Shown here piece after piece: positions 26,205 to 41,700 of a stretch of DNA of 64,000 nucleotides. The position numbers were made by a program, and so were the translations under genes. The stretch lies in contig NC_135257.1 in the NCBI RefSeq assembly GCF_964204865.1, forward strand, positions 7,378,001-7,442,000, read 5' to 3'. The notes under the pieces were generated by a model that worked only from the letters and a program-made list of their open reading frames with translations, ran no database searches and was not told the origin of the DNA. Origin of the DNA: Styela clava. Taxonomy: Eukaryota. The number at the start of each line of letters is the position of its first letter. The stretch's first letter is position 1.

Positions 26205-27729
26205 TTTCGTATATTACTCATACAGCGTTACAATGCAGTAGTATTCCTCAAATAATTAGTGAACACCTAAGAAAATTGAAAATAAATCTTGTGGAATCGT
26301 AAATAGGTTTCTTGCTAAAGCCGATCCACGATCAACAGAATAGGGACATAAATGATGAAACGTAATGATAAAGACGTGTTTATGATCTTGGTATTTCCAG
26401 GTTTATTTGTATGCATTGCAAGGCGAGTCAAGCCATTTATTTTGACCCGTTGACGACGACAGCAGCATTAAACTCACAAGCACTTTTTCAAGCAAGACCA
26501 TCGAAGATGGTTTTATTCCAGTTAAATATCACATACGGGCCATACCGGGTAATAATTTCATTGTCAACGAAATGTAGTAGTTTGTATTTAGAGGGTCGCG
26601 TTGGTGTTGACACAGCGTCTTGGTCCATAATATCTGTCGAACGTTGTAAATGACGTTTCCTTATTTGCGATGACGACGAAGATGTGACCACAAACAAATC
26701 TTGATTGAACAAATGTAATCTAAATAATCTATCCTACTCTTACAAACGTTACGTGCAAAACACAATTACAAAATATTCTTTATTATTTGGTCTGCTTTAT
26801 AATTTTTGTGTCAAAACTATTGGAGAATGGCGTACTATATTGTTTGGTAGGCGGGGTTAATATGTCCGGAGAAATGATATCTTAATTATATTGCGTTTTT
26901 GACCTCTTGGCCATAAAAATATTACCTAGAAAATTAATAATAAATACAAACGAATAAAATAGGGAGTTATAGTTCAAGACTTGAACCTCAACCATAATCT
27001 CAGATTCTGACCGTTAGCTGATTTTGAGTTTTGGTTGTAGACGGGTGTATTAACTAACAACATATTCCAATTCGATAATTATAATTTATTACCACGGCGA
27101 TTTCGTAATATTTATTAGTTGCTATGACCGCAACACTAAAGTTTACTCTGACAATATCAATTTTGAAAGCTTGCTAAGTAATTTCTAGGTGTGCACGAGT
27201 TAGACATACGTTGGAGACAAATGATGCCATGAACGCGCAAATTGTGAATTGAATTACCCAACCCAACAATACATAATAGACTAAGGGTTGAATTGTTACG
27301 TAGCAATATTCGTTTAATAACTTTGAATAGGACATTTTATTCACAATTAAGCCTTAATATTTGAGCACATTCAACCCAATAACTCATACACCATTTGATG
27401 TATTTAACAAAATCCTTATAATATTCACAAACTTATTGCATTACATTCCTTGACTTCGATTCTTTCAAACCATTTTTTGGTTTACAACAAAGCCCTTTAG
27501 CCACACAGTGAATGAACGGATGACATAATAACCTGCCCAATTTATCACATCGTATATGGTGAGCATATTAACAAACACTTAATAGACGATTCAAAGTTGA
27601 AATCTGTGTTATGCTTTAGCAAGTCAATGGGTGAACTGCTACTCAGTCAGTTCTTCTATTTATGATAAAATTGTTTTAGATGTTTGGGTCGTTTTAAAAT
27701 GTTCCTGTGTGCTAATAAAGCCAAGAAAG

Positions 27730-30700
27730 ATGTCAAGACTTTCTTACACAACCCAATTCAATATCAAACAAAACTATGGACTGAAAGTAGACAATTTTTA
27801 TTACTTATTCTGAATTTTTTTTGTATTTCATTTTACGTTTCCAGATACCGTATTTCAATTTACGTAGAAGAGTGCGATAAAAGAAATGGGACTACAATAA
27901 TGTCCCTGCATGGGAGATAATATTTCGCCATTTGTCGTAAATTGTTTAATTAATAGATCTGTCATGTTTGTAGATGAATTGCGTGTTTGCCGTTTTGGTT
28001 GAAAAGAACAGAGAACTTCTGCTTCCTGTCATAACCTCTGAATCACATCTGGGTTAACTGGATTTTACTACCTAAAAACTCAACAAGCAAAGTCTCAGTC
28101 AAGTAATAGTTGTCACGCATCTCAAAGCAAACATTACCGCGTCTTAGCAGGCAAGACAATTTTATGACTTTATTTTATGATTACTGGTTCCAACCGAATT
28201 TTAACAGGTGCCTTCCTTCTTAGTATCACGATTCGTTTTTTATTGGTTTGACTTACTGAAAATAGCTTCACAACTTTGTTTGCCTGCTAAATGAGTTTAA
28301 CAACTTTTACTTTCTTGCTGAAGAAAAATGAATACATATTTATATTAAATTTCAGTCAAAAGACATGTCGTATGTCGCTTAAAGCTTTATTTTGAGATAG
28401 AAAAGCATAATCAAAGTTCTTTTGCAAAATTTGTTCCTGAAAACAAAAATGAAGATTCCTTTGACAAATGAGTACAGATTCACAATCAGTGAAGTTGGGG
28501 TATGTATTTGAATGATTTTTTTCTAACCACTTTTTTGAGTGATAAACGAAATGAGTATTATGAAATGAACTATTATTACACGTCACCAATGATATAAAGT
28601 GTGCATTACAAATAGCCAAACTTACGCACGTCATTTTTTAAACTTTGACCTTAAATGATCACGGCCTGAAACCTACCGTATTATTGTACTAAATGTCAAG
28701 GTTAGGAAAGCGCTCGTGGGGTAGTATTCAATTTGGTAAATTTGTGAAGTTGCGAAATATTTTCTGCTCTTTGTATATTGTTAAAACATAATTTCGAAAC
28801 TTTTTTTGTGCATCCCACAATGCTTAGTCATTGTCAGTAATACTTGTAGTCAATCAGAAATTATAGAAAATATATATGGTAAAGTGCTTTGAATTCATAT
28901 AATAAAAGCCTTCGTTCCTATTTAATTTTAATTCTTTTCTTTCTTATTAAAAATTTGATTCTATTCTCGTGAAACTTCTTGTCTTTAAATTATTATAGAT
29001 CACACAAGTCGCACTCGGGTGCTGTATATTCTCACTCGGATTATCAGGTGCAACCAATGTAACTGATAGTCTCGCTCAATACCAAGACCCTTACCTGGCA
29101 ATGTCATTAATAACTGGAGTGTCGGTGAGATATTCTCTTCATTTTGACTAGTCACATAAAACAGTCAGTTCCGTCACGTAAATTTCCAAGGTTTGAAATT
29201 TGATTTGTAGAACTTCTGCGTTTACCCTGGTAAGCATATCTAGAAACTAATCTGAAGAGTGCATACCAAATTTTCCTTATTGATCATTATCGTTATATTT
29301 TCTGAAAAAAATTCAATATATCTATATAAAAAATAACGATTATCATAAAATTCAATACAAATGTGCAGAAATAGAAGAGCATGTAAAAAATTTGTTGTAA
29401 AAAAAGTTTTCGCTATTACTGACTTTAAGACAAACTTTATACAACTTTTCAGGTAATTACGAGTGGAGCGATTTCGCATTGTGCTGCAACAAAAGCAACT
29501 CATTGTTATGTAAGTTAGCTTCTGAACATGTATGCTAATGAACAAATCTTTCTTCATTCGAATACGGCATGTAAATGAGTTGGTACTGAAATGAGGTTAT
29601 TAAAATATAAAAAGCACTTTCAACAGTTCTAGTTTTGCTGGTGCATTGGGGTACTCCGACGTTAACATAGATATCAGTGTTTCAAATGCAAAACTCAAGC
29701 TGATTTTGTACGTAATAAATAGGGCTTTTAATTGTGTTGAAATCGTTTTTGATTTGGCCTGATTAAAACATGTGTCAAATGGCAAGATGCTCCACCATAT
29801 TTTTAATTGTATAACCATAACATATATCAATCGATCGATAATTGTAATGTTTACCCCATATTTGTCCATATTGCGATGAATGGTCAGTATAGGTCGAGCA
29901 GTAAAGACTTTAATCTTATGAGTGTAGTAGCCTGCTACGTTTATAAACCCCAACTGATTCATTTATCCCATCGACAAAAATTTCTTTCAGCTATTTCTAA
30001 TTCTGATAACGTCATCGCTGTCAATTGTGTTTACACTCTCGTTGATTGGAATTCAAACATTTCTGACAGCAGAATACGCGGTAAGCAATAAAATCTTTTC
30101 TATTTTTTCTGAATACATTTGTAAATATCTGAACTTAATTGAGTAGCCATTCCACCAAAAAGTCCACTTTGGTTTGGCACCTACCTGAGTTTTTCTTATT
30201 GAGCACGAAGTAGACTTATGAATCGTTTTGTCATTTAGTATTCTTGTTTTTATGACAAAATCGCTCTTCTCATTTTCCATGAAATTTGCAGTAGTTATTT
30301 GCAGTAGGTTGTTGTCACTAGAAAGCTAATTTTTTTGTTTATTCAAAAAATTCCTTTGGGCTCTATGGAATTCGTTTTCACGTAAATTTCCGTGTGATGA
30401 CGTCATCAATATGTCAGCGATCTCGTGATCAGACTACCACTACTGTAAAAGATTAGATGCTATTTCGTTTTGGCCTTCGTTTCTATATATTTGAGCGATG
30501 CTCTCTCTTGTTTCAATTCGATTTCTTGTTTCATATTTTTGCCATTTTTATCTTAAAAAATTGTGTTTGAGAAAACAGTTGAATACACTAAATATGCTTT
30601 TTGATAAAATACCCTTTTTTCAACAGGACATTCCAAATCACAGTCCTACGTTCATGGCATCACTCATCCTCGGAAGTGTATCTGCAGTGCTTTCTTTCTT

Positions 30701-30916
30701 CACGAATTTGGCAGCTATCGCACTCACTTGCACTGCTGGTGGAGCTTGTAATCATTCATCCAATGCAATCATGCCCACAGATGATGTGAGTAAATATTGC
30801 TAGAATATGACAATGTTGGCAAATACTGAATTGCAAAACAAGAGGTGGAAAAGTATCGTTGATTTTTTTTATCTTATTAGAATACCGGAAGCACAAAGCA
30901 AAGTTCAAACGTCTGA
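27730..30916 (+). CDS. CD20/MS4A-like four-transmembrane protein (paralog 2); first exon tentative
   Basis: Tentative exon 1 at 27730-27786 MSRLSYTTQFNIKQNYGLK. Then 28999-29124 ITQVALGCCIFSLGLSG..YLAMSLITGVS, ~29453-29509 VITSGAISHCAATKATHCY, 29991-30080 LFLILITSSLSIVFTLSLIGIQTFLTAEYA, ~30627-30785 ..FMASLILGSVSAVLSFFTNLAAIALTCTAGGAC, 30881-30916. Exon-for-exon homology with the minus-strand paralog. Confidence 0.7.
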
Positions 30917-32773
30917 AGAAAGATCTATTAATATTCTACATATCCGCATCATTTTGCTTGCACAATAGAGAAAGGAATTCAAATATCCGGAGATCATGAT
31001 ATACAATAATACAAATATCATATTCTATAAATATTTAATCTTATGAAACACCATGTGTATATAGTCTTGTGATAACTTTTATTAAGTAATTTAATCCAGA
31101 ATATATTTCAGTATTTTTGAATGAAATATAATATTCGAATCTTCTATATGACGTCAAAATGGCCAACTCGGCGAACGCTTCACTGACCAAACAACAAGCT
31201 CGAGGTGTTTCGAATATTTATGGCGCTCAATTATTCATTTCGTTAATTGTCTTATAATTATAATTTATTCGATTAGCTTTTGAATTATATTGCCAGTAGT
31301 ATATTAAAAGTGTTATGAAGAAAGAGGTAATTTCGTAGCCGAAATAACAAAGGAGTCAAGTGTAGACCCCAGGAGATAGTTGGGGTAGTTCAATGTTCTA
31401 TGCAGTCTTTGGTCTCTGATGAGATTCCAAAATGTACGAGTGAGTGAAAAGATACAGGCCAATACGACTTGAAATGTTTTCCCAACACAACTTAAAAGCA
31501 TTGTTGTTGCGTATTTATTGTGTCAGATCTGTTTCGTAAAGTGGCAGGAAATTGCGACTATCAGTGATGACGCATGGCCGTATCCGGAGAAGTAGAACTG
31601 AAAAAATTGCACAGTTTCCCACAGGTGACAACACTGCCTAAACATAGTGTAATGTTTGAATTTTAACTTTATAACATAACTTTATGTTTGAATTTGTAAA
31701 CAGAAGCGTCAGATATTAATTAACCTCCCTTCTGACATTATTCGAAGAAAAATGAATAAAATTTGGATAAAAGTGACCTTCAACATATTGTTATAATATT
31801 CTATTATGTACTAAAAACATATTTTTAAAATTATACAAAAATTATTATAACATAAGTTTCAACGAATCACTCTAAAATATCAATAAATTGGTGGTCGTTT
31901 GTAATTTTACTCATATACGAGAATCATTTTCTGTTGGATGAACGCGCGTGACTCTGCAAATTCGGTCGATAATAAGTCCAGTGCAATGGTATTATTTGTG
32001 CGATTGGATCCAGTCATGCAAAACTCAACTGTCTTGATTATGATCGATTGTAACTTGCAATCTATGCGTCATTCAGGAAAAAGTATTCTGAAATTAGAAA
32101 TTTTCATTTTTAAATAATGGCTGATCATGCTCCACCAACTGTGGCTGATCTTAATTGCACTTGCGTTAATTTATCTTGCCGCTTGGATAAATTACATCAA
32201 TATGCAGCAGATACAAAAGGCATATTAATATGCGAAGTGAAATTAGACTATAAATTTATATGACACGAGTATGAAGGCCAAAATTTGTTAAATGAAGCAA
32301 GCGCAAATACAAATAAAATTATATTAAATGCGCCGCATGATATTTTATCATGTAAAGTTCAGTTCAGATATAGTTTAAAGTCAAATTTTATTAAAAAAGT
32401 TCAAATGCTCGAAATATAGGAGGGTACAAGGTAATTAATATATATCAAGACAAATTGATTATTTCCAAATTTTAAGTACTCTGGATATATTTTGAATGTT
32501 GCGTATTCCGTGAATCGGACGATGCTAAAAATTTTATGAGATCTTTATACAGTTTTAAGCGAGATAGATAGATAATGGTCGACCGCCCCCTAAACAGTCA
32601 GCAGTTTGGCATTGTATGGTAGAAGAAAACAACTCCCACAGTATATTAGCTCTAGATGTAATTGTAAGCATAAGTACTTTGTATGGTTTCCAACTTAAAG
32701 CCTACAGCTAATATCTATTTTAGTCAATAGTGTGGCACCTGATACATAATTTTAAGTGTTTGGAAAACGCAAG

Positions 32774-35700
32774 ATGAAACTTTTCCATGTTCCAGCAAGA
32801 TATGTTCTGGCTTTGATGGGATTTTGGGGGACCTTTACCCAAATCCTATTCAAACAAAATATAAGCGTTGCAATAATTGAGATGGTAGATTTTGCTGGCT
32901 TAGAAAATTTCAGCACCTCAACTCAGAACAGTACATTAACGTCAGATACGAACTGGACGACTCAACAGAATCTTCTCGAAATTCCAGAATGTCCTGATAT
33001 GGGTAAATGGATATGTAGATAAAAAGATAAATCGTAACAAAAATATGACTTATTGAAAAATATTAATTCGTACATGCTTTTTTAGGAAGACGTTTTGGGC
33101 GACCAATTTTTTAGAAACACAATATTTGTATTTGATACAATGTTGATACAAGTTTGAAAGCTTGCAATTTTATCGCCAGTGCACTTTCCTTCAAATCAAG
33201 AATAGGCGGCACATTGTTTGGCCTCGCGTAGTGAAACTTGCATATAAATTATTGCATTAAAATGTATATACATTCTTTTAATGCATTCTTTTTCCTTCTT
33301 CTATGATTGCTTATACAGGGGCAGAAGCAGATTCCAATCGTACGAGTTTAAAGGACGAATTCAAATTTCTATGGACTGGTTCACAACAAGGTCTTGTGTT
33401 GGGAAGCTATTCTTACGGAGTTGTTGTATCCTTAGTTAGTGACGCTACAATTATTCATTATCAATGCAAAACATAAATATTGAAAGTTTTAAAAATGGTT
33501 AACTGAAGGCTACTTCTATGTGTGCCTTTTTACTCTAGTCAAATAATTGACTTTTTACATATATATATTATATATATATATATATATAATATATATATAA
33601 TATATATATTATATATATATATTAGTCTTAACTGATGGAATTAGTCTTAACGGACTGTTTTAATTAAAGGAACCACTGTTCTAGTACATGGAACGCAAAT
33701 ATCACAGTGGCCAAACATTCGCAATGCTCAGAGCATATTTCACCACCTTAAATATTCTACGTGGTTTGAGTAGCCATTGGTATTCCGGTAGTCGCATTGG
33801 CAGTGGTTGAGTTGTTCATATTTTTCGAAGCCTCATTTTGGCAACAAGGTTTAAATGGGCAACACACTTCATAAACTCAGTTTCAGTATATCCAAGGAAT
33901 GTACTACAAAATTCCGAATTTTAGTTACTGAATATCGTTTACAGGTCGCCATGACATCACTCAGTCGTAAGGTCGGCCACGTCCGTTTGCTTGGGTATTG
34001 CATTTTTGCTACTTCGATTTTAACTATCCTTACACCAGTAGTTACGGAGGCAGGAGGGTACATCGCATTAGTCGTGCTGAGAGCATGTTGTGGAATACTT
34101 TCGGTAAGTATTTACTATGTGTGTCTAGATTCGCCAATAACTTGTGGATATTATACCATGTGATAAACGGAACGAAACATTTTCATTTTATTTACTTGTT
34201 TTAGTACAGTGTTTCTCAGAAGGTGGAGCGCGCCCCACGAGGGGGCGTTGAGAACATTTTTTGAGGGGGCGTGAATCTAATTAAAAATAAAAATATTTGT
34301 TAGATTTGATTGCAAATTTTGCAATCATTTCATTGTTTACGTTCCATTTTCAACGTTTTTTCTTATTAAAACATACTTTCGTATTACTATCTGTTATTTG
34401 TAGCTTGTTGTTAGCTAGTTATTTTTGAGGAGGGGCGTGGTTTAAAAGGAACACTGTTCTAGTACATGGACCGCAAATATCACAGTGGCCAAACATTCGC
34501 AATGCTCAGAGATAAAGATACTGTATTCATGTATCTCAATTTCATCCTATATATTCACATAATTGTACAACCTCGACAAATATGGAAAATAACAATAAAA
34601 GGGAAAGAAAAAAAATGAGGAAGAAATGACTTCTGAGCTAAGTGTTCTAAGCTAAGCAAAATATGCCTGCTGTTTTTAGTTTATTTCCTTCATTCATTCA
34701 GGGTCATACAATATCTCAGTTGTTCGGGCTTGCAGGAATATGGTCACCTCCACAAGAACGAAGCAAAATTGTTTCTTTCATGTTAGCTGGTAAATACTTA
34801 TAATCTTCAGTTTTATGTTAAGTCATTATTAATGTTAGAAACGGATAATGATGAAATGCTACAGGTGTTTATTCACCCTTCTAAATTCTCCAAAATAGTT
34901 TAGACTTTAACTTCGTAACATTATGAGTTCAGATGTGGTCAGATGCTTTCAATGGTGCTCTTATCTCCTGAGTTATCGTATTTTCAAAAATATATATCAT
35001 AAATATATAAATTGAATATTGGGCGTAGTAGAAATTTAATATAGTATTTAATCATTCTTTGATTCTAATGCATTTACTTACTTTATGAAATCCAGGAGCT
35101 CCAATAGGCCAAAGTTGTTTTATGCCTGTTGCTGGGGTACTTGCAGGATCATTGGGATGGAAGTCGGTCTTCTACGTTACAGGTTAGATACAATATTTGC
35201 AATATTGAAATGAAATTCAGTCCTTTGAACTCCCGATAGATACCTACGAAGCTTCTTGTGTAATAACCATTTGGATCAAAGATGTTAAGATAAAAATGGT
35301 AAAATATTGCCTTCTGGGGAAAATATGTCTGTACGGGTATTTTTGGTGTAACGCATATTCTACTTTGTATCCTATCTGCAAACGCAAAGTTTTCGGTACA
35401 GACTGAGGGAGCGATACGACCATATGGCCTATAAGGAGAATTTCCAGCCCTATCAGTGAGTTTAAATTAATTAAAAGTACATTAAAAATCTCTATAGCGT
35501 CACAGTAGCTATTACAAACGTTTTTGTGTCGCAAGTTTGTGGCCACCTATAGACGAGAATATCGGTCAGAGACCGAAGACTTATCGATCGAAAGTTAGGG
35601 GATCCCCCAAAACAGCGCTCTTACTCCATAGTGACATCTTGTGTCCCATCACTAATTAATCAATAACTCTCTAATTATACGATATAATTCGCCCAAAATC

Positions 35701-38700
35701 AATAGGCTTCTGGTCCGAGATAAGATGAATGAACATGCAAAATCTGGAGCATATTCGATCTCGCTTTCGTGAGATATCGCGTGCATCTAACAGACATACA
35801 GACAGATAAATACCTATCAACATACTTACCGATTAAAATCGATAAGTAATAATTGGAACAAAGCTGCAGGAAATTAATGAAATGTGTGTTTACAACTTTC
35901 CAAGCACTGGATTCAATGAATAAACTTTAATAACTAAACATATGATTTCACATACCTAATATAGGTCTATCTATATCAGTGCTCTTCAACATTTTTGTTA
36001 TTGTGGAACCCCTGATATAATTTTTCGATTTTTATGGAACCCCAATTAACAAACATAAAATAAAACTTGAAATACTCGTAACACGAAATATTTGTAATTC
36101 GAATATTTCTACTTCAGCAACGAAACAGAAAGAAGGTTACAAGCGTGAAATTCAATGACTAGGTTGTTCTTGCATTTCCTTTGCAATCTTCTTGAATTCT
36201 CATACTCATGTCTACATACTCTTCAAACAACTTCGCAACGACGCCTCAACATGCTGAAGCAAGAAATTATCCCCTCTAAAAAAACGGAACCCTATAAACT
36301 GACGGAACCCCACTGCATGTATTGCGGAACCCCTGTTGAAAAGCACTGATCTATATCTTGAAATTATCTATAGACTATGACAAACTACCTTCAATAGAAT
36401 CGATAGCCTGCAGCATCAATTGTGCAATTCAATCTTTATCTTCTGTATAGGTGGATGTGGAGTTTGTTGGTCCATATTATGGTTAATTCTGATACACGAA
36501 ACTCCAGAAAAACACCCCAGAATTTTAGACTCAGAAAAAAGATATATAACTTCGTCTTTAAGCCACCGACAGCAAAGTACGGAAAAGGTATGTTCCAGAT
36601 TTCTTATATATTTTATGAATTTATACAATTAAACTTATACAGTTAACATGACATATACCAACCATATCTTGTAATTCAATGTGTCTCATTCAATATCTCT
36701 CATTTATTATGGCATTCTGATAGTTCTATGATAGCCAGACTAACATATTTTACAACTCGAAGTTTATAGTGAGCATGAACAGTTTTTTATTGAATAAAGC
36801 CGTTTAATTATGCTGTTAAACTTTTATTGATATCTGTAGTCAAGTATCTCCCATGCATGTTCCACATTGATGCACGATTCGACGAGCAATTCTATATTAA
36901 GCACAATACCAATAAATATTTTCTCAAACGTTGTACAACAATCGGTAATTAGATTCATATTATCAGAAGTAACAATTTGTATTGGAATTCCGTGTTATTT
37001 CTCACCTGCTTTATGTTAATATTTGATTTTAAAAAATCTGCACAAAGCAAAGAGGCGTGCACTATTTGAGCAGCGAAATAGACTCATCTCTGAGCGAAGT
37101 TACGATTGATCGCTGAAGTGCCAAGAGCTGCTAAAGAATTATAGCGGGGAAGTAGGCCTACGCGTTAGTAATTAAAGTAGGTCAGGTCTATACAGTGATG
37201 AGCTGGAAAAAACATGACAACCGGAACACGCACCCAATTAGCAAAAATGTAATATATATATATTTACAACACGACGCAAACATTTACAGAAAGTTTTGTC
37301 TGTCCTAAGATAGAGCCAAAGAACTGCAAGGAAATATGAAGAAATTATCTGAAATATGTCCATGTAAAATTGCAAGAATATTCGTAGCAATTCTATACAA
37401 ATGTTATTATTAGAAAGGTATAGAATGAATTTCCATGGGGTCAATGGTCGGGAAAACATCTAAGACACGCTACTGCTGTACTAATTTTTTGCGTGATGTG
37501 ATGTAAAAAGAATTACGATGTAACAAAACATAAATTAATACCTAAGATTACCAGAGGAATTAGACTTTTTGTACCATAATTTTATTTCAACAACAGGAAC
37601 GCAAATGCAAAAAATGTCCAACAACCGGAACGCCGTTCCGGTGCGTTCCGGCTACAGCTCACCATTGGGTCTATATATAACAAAAATAAAATTATGAAAA
37701 CCCACAAAATTGAAGTTCTTCAAAAAAAAAACTTTTGCACAATGTTTTAATCTTGCGGAAATATTGGCAGTAAACGGATAACAATTCATAATAAACCGCG
37801 CAAGTTGACTGAAAACGTATTTTGGAGAGAATAGTTCCGAACGACGCCATTCATCTCATTTTATAGCAAGACAAAAATAAAAAGTAGTGTCGTGACTCGT
37901 CAGCATAAATGAGTAAATGAGTTGTGTGTAGAGTCATTGAGCAATATAACGAACAATGTAGGGGCAATGATTGAGCCCTGAGGAACTCCAGAAGAAATCG
38001 TCTGGTTGTGTCATCATGAACGACGTTGACTTTGCGGCCAGCAAGAAATGATCTAATGGCGGCGAAAATCGGTACAAATATTCAGATTGCATTTGTGTCC
38101 GGCCGAGTCCGACATAATAAACTCAATCATGAGCTCTTCATTAAGCTTTGTTACGTCGATTAACTTCGGAGAACAGGTCGATGAATACCACGTCTTAGAC
38201 CAGGGGTTCCCAATCTTTTTTCAGGGCGACCCCAAAGACAACTTTCAAGTGTCCAGTGCGACCCCAGGTCAATATATATATCTTTTCATGGAACTTTAGA
38301 GCTTTTTTAGCTGGGCTTTTGAGATTGGTCATGTGGTGGTATCAAGTAAAATAAGCTAAAACCAAACGGTGATGTCACAATAATCACCTACATTTTCTAT
38401 AGCATAAGCATAGAGCGATGCCTATGGGCCTGTTTTACAGTAAGCCATGGTGCAAACTGCTAAATTTAACATTGTTTGTCAAATATATATTAGATGTTTT
38501 GTATATCCATCCTCGACCATAACTCAGCGACCCCATGACCTGTTTGCGACCCTACCTACTTATCACTCCGACCCAATTTGGGGTCGCGACCCCTGGTTTG
38601 GGAACCCCTGGCTTAGACAGTGGTTGCGGATGGTACTGTCGGTGAGCGATAAACTCCTTACAGTACTACCAGTCTGAAGAGAGTTAGCTATTTACGAAAA

Positions 38701-41700
38701 TATATATATTCCATAGCATATCTCAAATAAGTTCCCTTTAGGGCGTCTCAGTCGCCTTTATTACAATCATATGAGATGATGCGGAACAGAGAGACTTATG
38801 ACATGCTATGGTTTAATTTTTAAAAGAAACTTCACCTGCAATAAGAACATGGTTAGAACTACCAAAAAGAAGTTGGACATATGTTGAGCATACGAGGGCG
38901 GGATCAAATCAAGGGGACAGAGTTTTGTAATACAACGCTTACTCGCGTCTTCTGCTCCAACAAGTATAATCATGACATTATTTTTGCATTGCTCGCGGGC
39001 CACAATAGTGCCAAGAATAGGTAAACAGTGCAATACAAAACAAACACTTTTATTGTGCAAACAGATAGTTATCAGACATAGCCATCCCAGGCTAATAGAA
39101 TCCGCATTCGATTTTTAGTTTTCTATAATGCCTATATTGTTAGCGTATATTCCCGACCAAAAAGATAGAAAGCCAGATAATAATTTAGACTGCCAAGCAC
39201 ATCATTCCACATCACTTATTGCCCTAACGAAATGCGATTTTTTGATTACTCTCCGAATGTGACGTGAGTCACAGATAATAAAGCGGCGGGCCACATGTGG
39301 CCCGCGGGCCTGGATTTGGACCACCCTGATCTTTTTTTCTAGAATCTAGATAATTAATTACTGATTGCGTAGTACGTATTCCCGTCCAGTGCTTATTTTG
39401 CAGCTGAAACACACATCAGCACGTCCGCAGATTTTATCCTCAGTGGCCGCAGGTTGTGGATAACTGATCGAGGAAAATTTGTTTCAATTATATGTTTTAA
39501 ACTTTTGAAAAAATAGCACCAAACAAGGTTATACTTGAGTAAAAACTCAGTCCTCAGTATACGGCTACTTTTTATAAATACAAAAATTGCCAAATACCAA
39601 AAAAATACCTTTTTAGTATCGCGTGAGACACCGAATTTCGTATCACCTTCTTTATGTAATGTGAAGACGACACACAACACAAAGGTAATTCGACTCAGTT
39701 TTGTCGCCTGCGAAAACGTATACATACTAGCCTTTGTTTTGAATCCAATATGCCATACGATGTTGATTATACAAGTATACATAAATGCGGGTACAAAACT
39801 GTTATCTTTTATTGCATCTAATATTTTTTATTCAGAGAAATATACCGTGGCTGAAGATGCTCAAATCCCGTCCACTATATTGTCTTGTTGCTGTTCATTT
39901 TTGCAGCGTATATGGTAGAACAACATTCCGATTGTTGCTCCCAACTTATCTCAGAACTGCCCTGAAATTCGACGTGAAGACGGTAACTATCACTTTTGCA
40001 ACTAAACTAAATGTAATGATTCGAAATAGGAGGAGAATCACCTTGGACAAAAACAAATTTTGAAATAATTGAGCCACTCACGTTCAGTATCTCTCAAATA
40101 TAAAATTTTACATGCTATAATTTTATTGTTAACAGTCATTCGTGTTCTATTTCAAATACAGAGTGGAATCTTGAGCGCTGTCCCATTTGCATTGGCTGGT
40201 CTCTTACTATTTGTATGTGGACCCCTTGCCGATTATTTTATTTTGAAAGGAATTCGACCAATTATTGTAAGGAAAATCTTTACTGGTTTTGGTGAGCTAA
40301 TATCAACTACTTTATACTTTCATTTCTCTGGTCTATGTTCGATGAAAAGTACGACAATAACGTCTTTTTTAGGTATGGTCCTTTCGTGTGTAGCTGTAGT
40401 AATTTTAATATACTCTGGATGTAACGTAGTACAAGTAATATCAATGGTGACTATAACAAGTAAGTTTAAAACTAGACATATTTACTCCAATATAATTATA
40501 CGATGTTGTTGTATTTATATTCTATCTATTAAAATATCATCATTTTTTATGAACGAAATACTATCATATTTTTCATAATCGAGTAAGACAATATGTATTA
40601 CAGAAATGGCCGTGCAGTGATATTTTCATGAATAGCAATTATTGTTGCTTTGACAAGATATTTTCATTTATTGCTTCTGTGTCATATAATTTTTCTCCAA
40701 AAATGCCGCATATACATTGAGCTACATGTAGTAGATCTGCAGAGACCAATACAAAATTTCAACTTGTACAAGAGTATGACAATATGTTATAGCTACCTCA
40801 GAGATATTAGTAACCTTTACAAAGTAGGGAAATCTGGTACCAGGTATATAAAATTTAACAAATTTGTCAAGTCCAATCGATCAGTACCTGACTGTGACGA
40901 TTCAATTTGCACCATATTGTATGTTTCAAGTAGTTATTATAATACGGTACTAATGACAGTTGCAATGGACTCGTTTGCTGTACCTGGTTTCAAATCATGC
41001 CTTATTGAAATATCACCCGAGTTCAGTGGAATCATTTTTGGTATGAGTGCTACGATAGCAAACTGTTCTGGAATTTTGGCGCCACAAATCACAGGAGTTT
41101 TAAGGGATGCATATGTACGTACTGATATTTTATTGTGCGGTTAGGCAGGAAACGCACTCGGTAACTGATTAAAATAAAAATTTATTTTGAATCTCCCTCA
41201 GTAAGACGTGTCTTACACGATTCTGGCGAATAATGAACGCCATTTCGAATTAAATTCGAGCTATGACTCGACTTGCGTTAAGACTACGAGCATTAACCGA
41301 CCACCTTTTCACGTTAACTAAAAGGATTATATTGATATTACAAATAAATGTTCCGAATTTTGTCATTCTCATGCATAGTGACTGCTAATGTTGCTCTGTA
41401 CTGCCCTTTGCAGGTACAGTGAAACTACGTTGCCAAACAAGTGATATATAACTTGAGATGGTTGATAAAGTTGGAACGTACATAACTGCGTGTGTTAGCA
41501 TTTCACTTATACACAACCTTTTTGTAACAACTCCTCCCGAATATGAAAAAAAACTTCAATCATATAGAAATAACTCCTAACTGATATTATGAACTATACT
41601 GCCAATAGCTAGCTAATGAGATACCATGCGCTTCAAATCTCGCATTTACCCTGCGTTAGTGATGTAATAGAGCTGTGGTGATATAGAAATATTCAATGAT

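Noticed and set aside
26411-26712. Overlapping ORFs of 74-80 aa between the two MS4A-like genes
   Set aside because: No recognisable motif or splice partners; stops follow immediately.
39393-39918. Long ORFs on both strands (127-129 aa) in an SLC17 intron
   Set aside because: Composition looks like AT-rich non-coding or repeat DNA; only the part from ~39836 is a real exon, read in a different frame.
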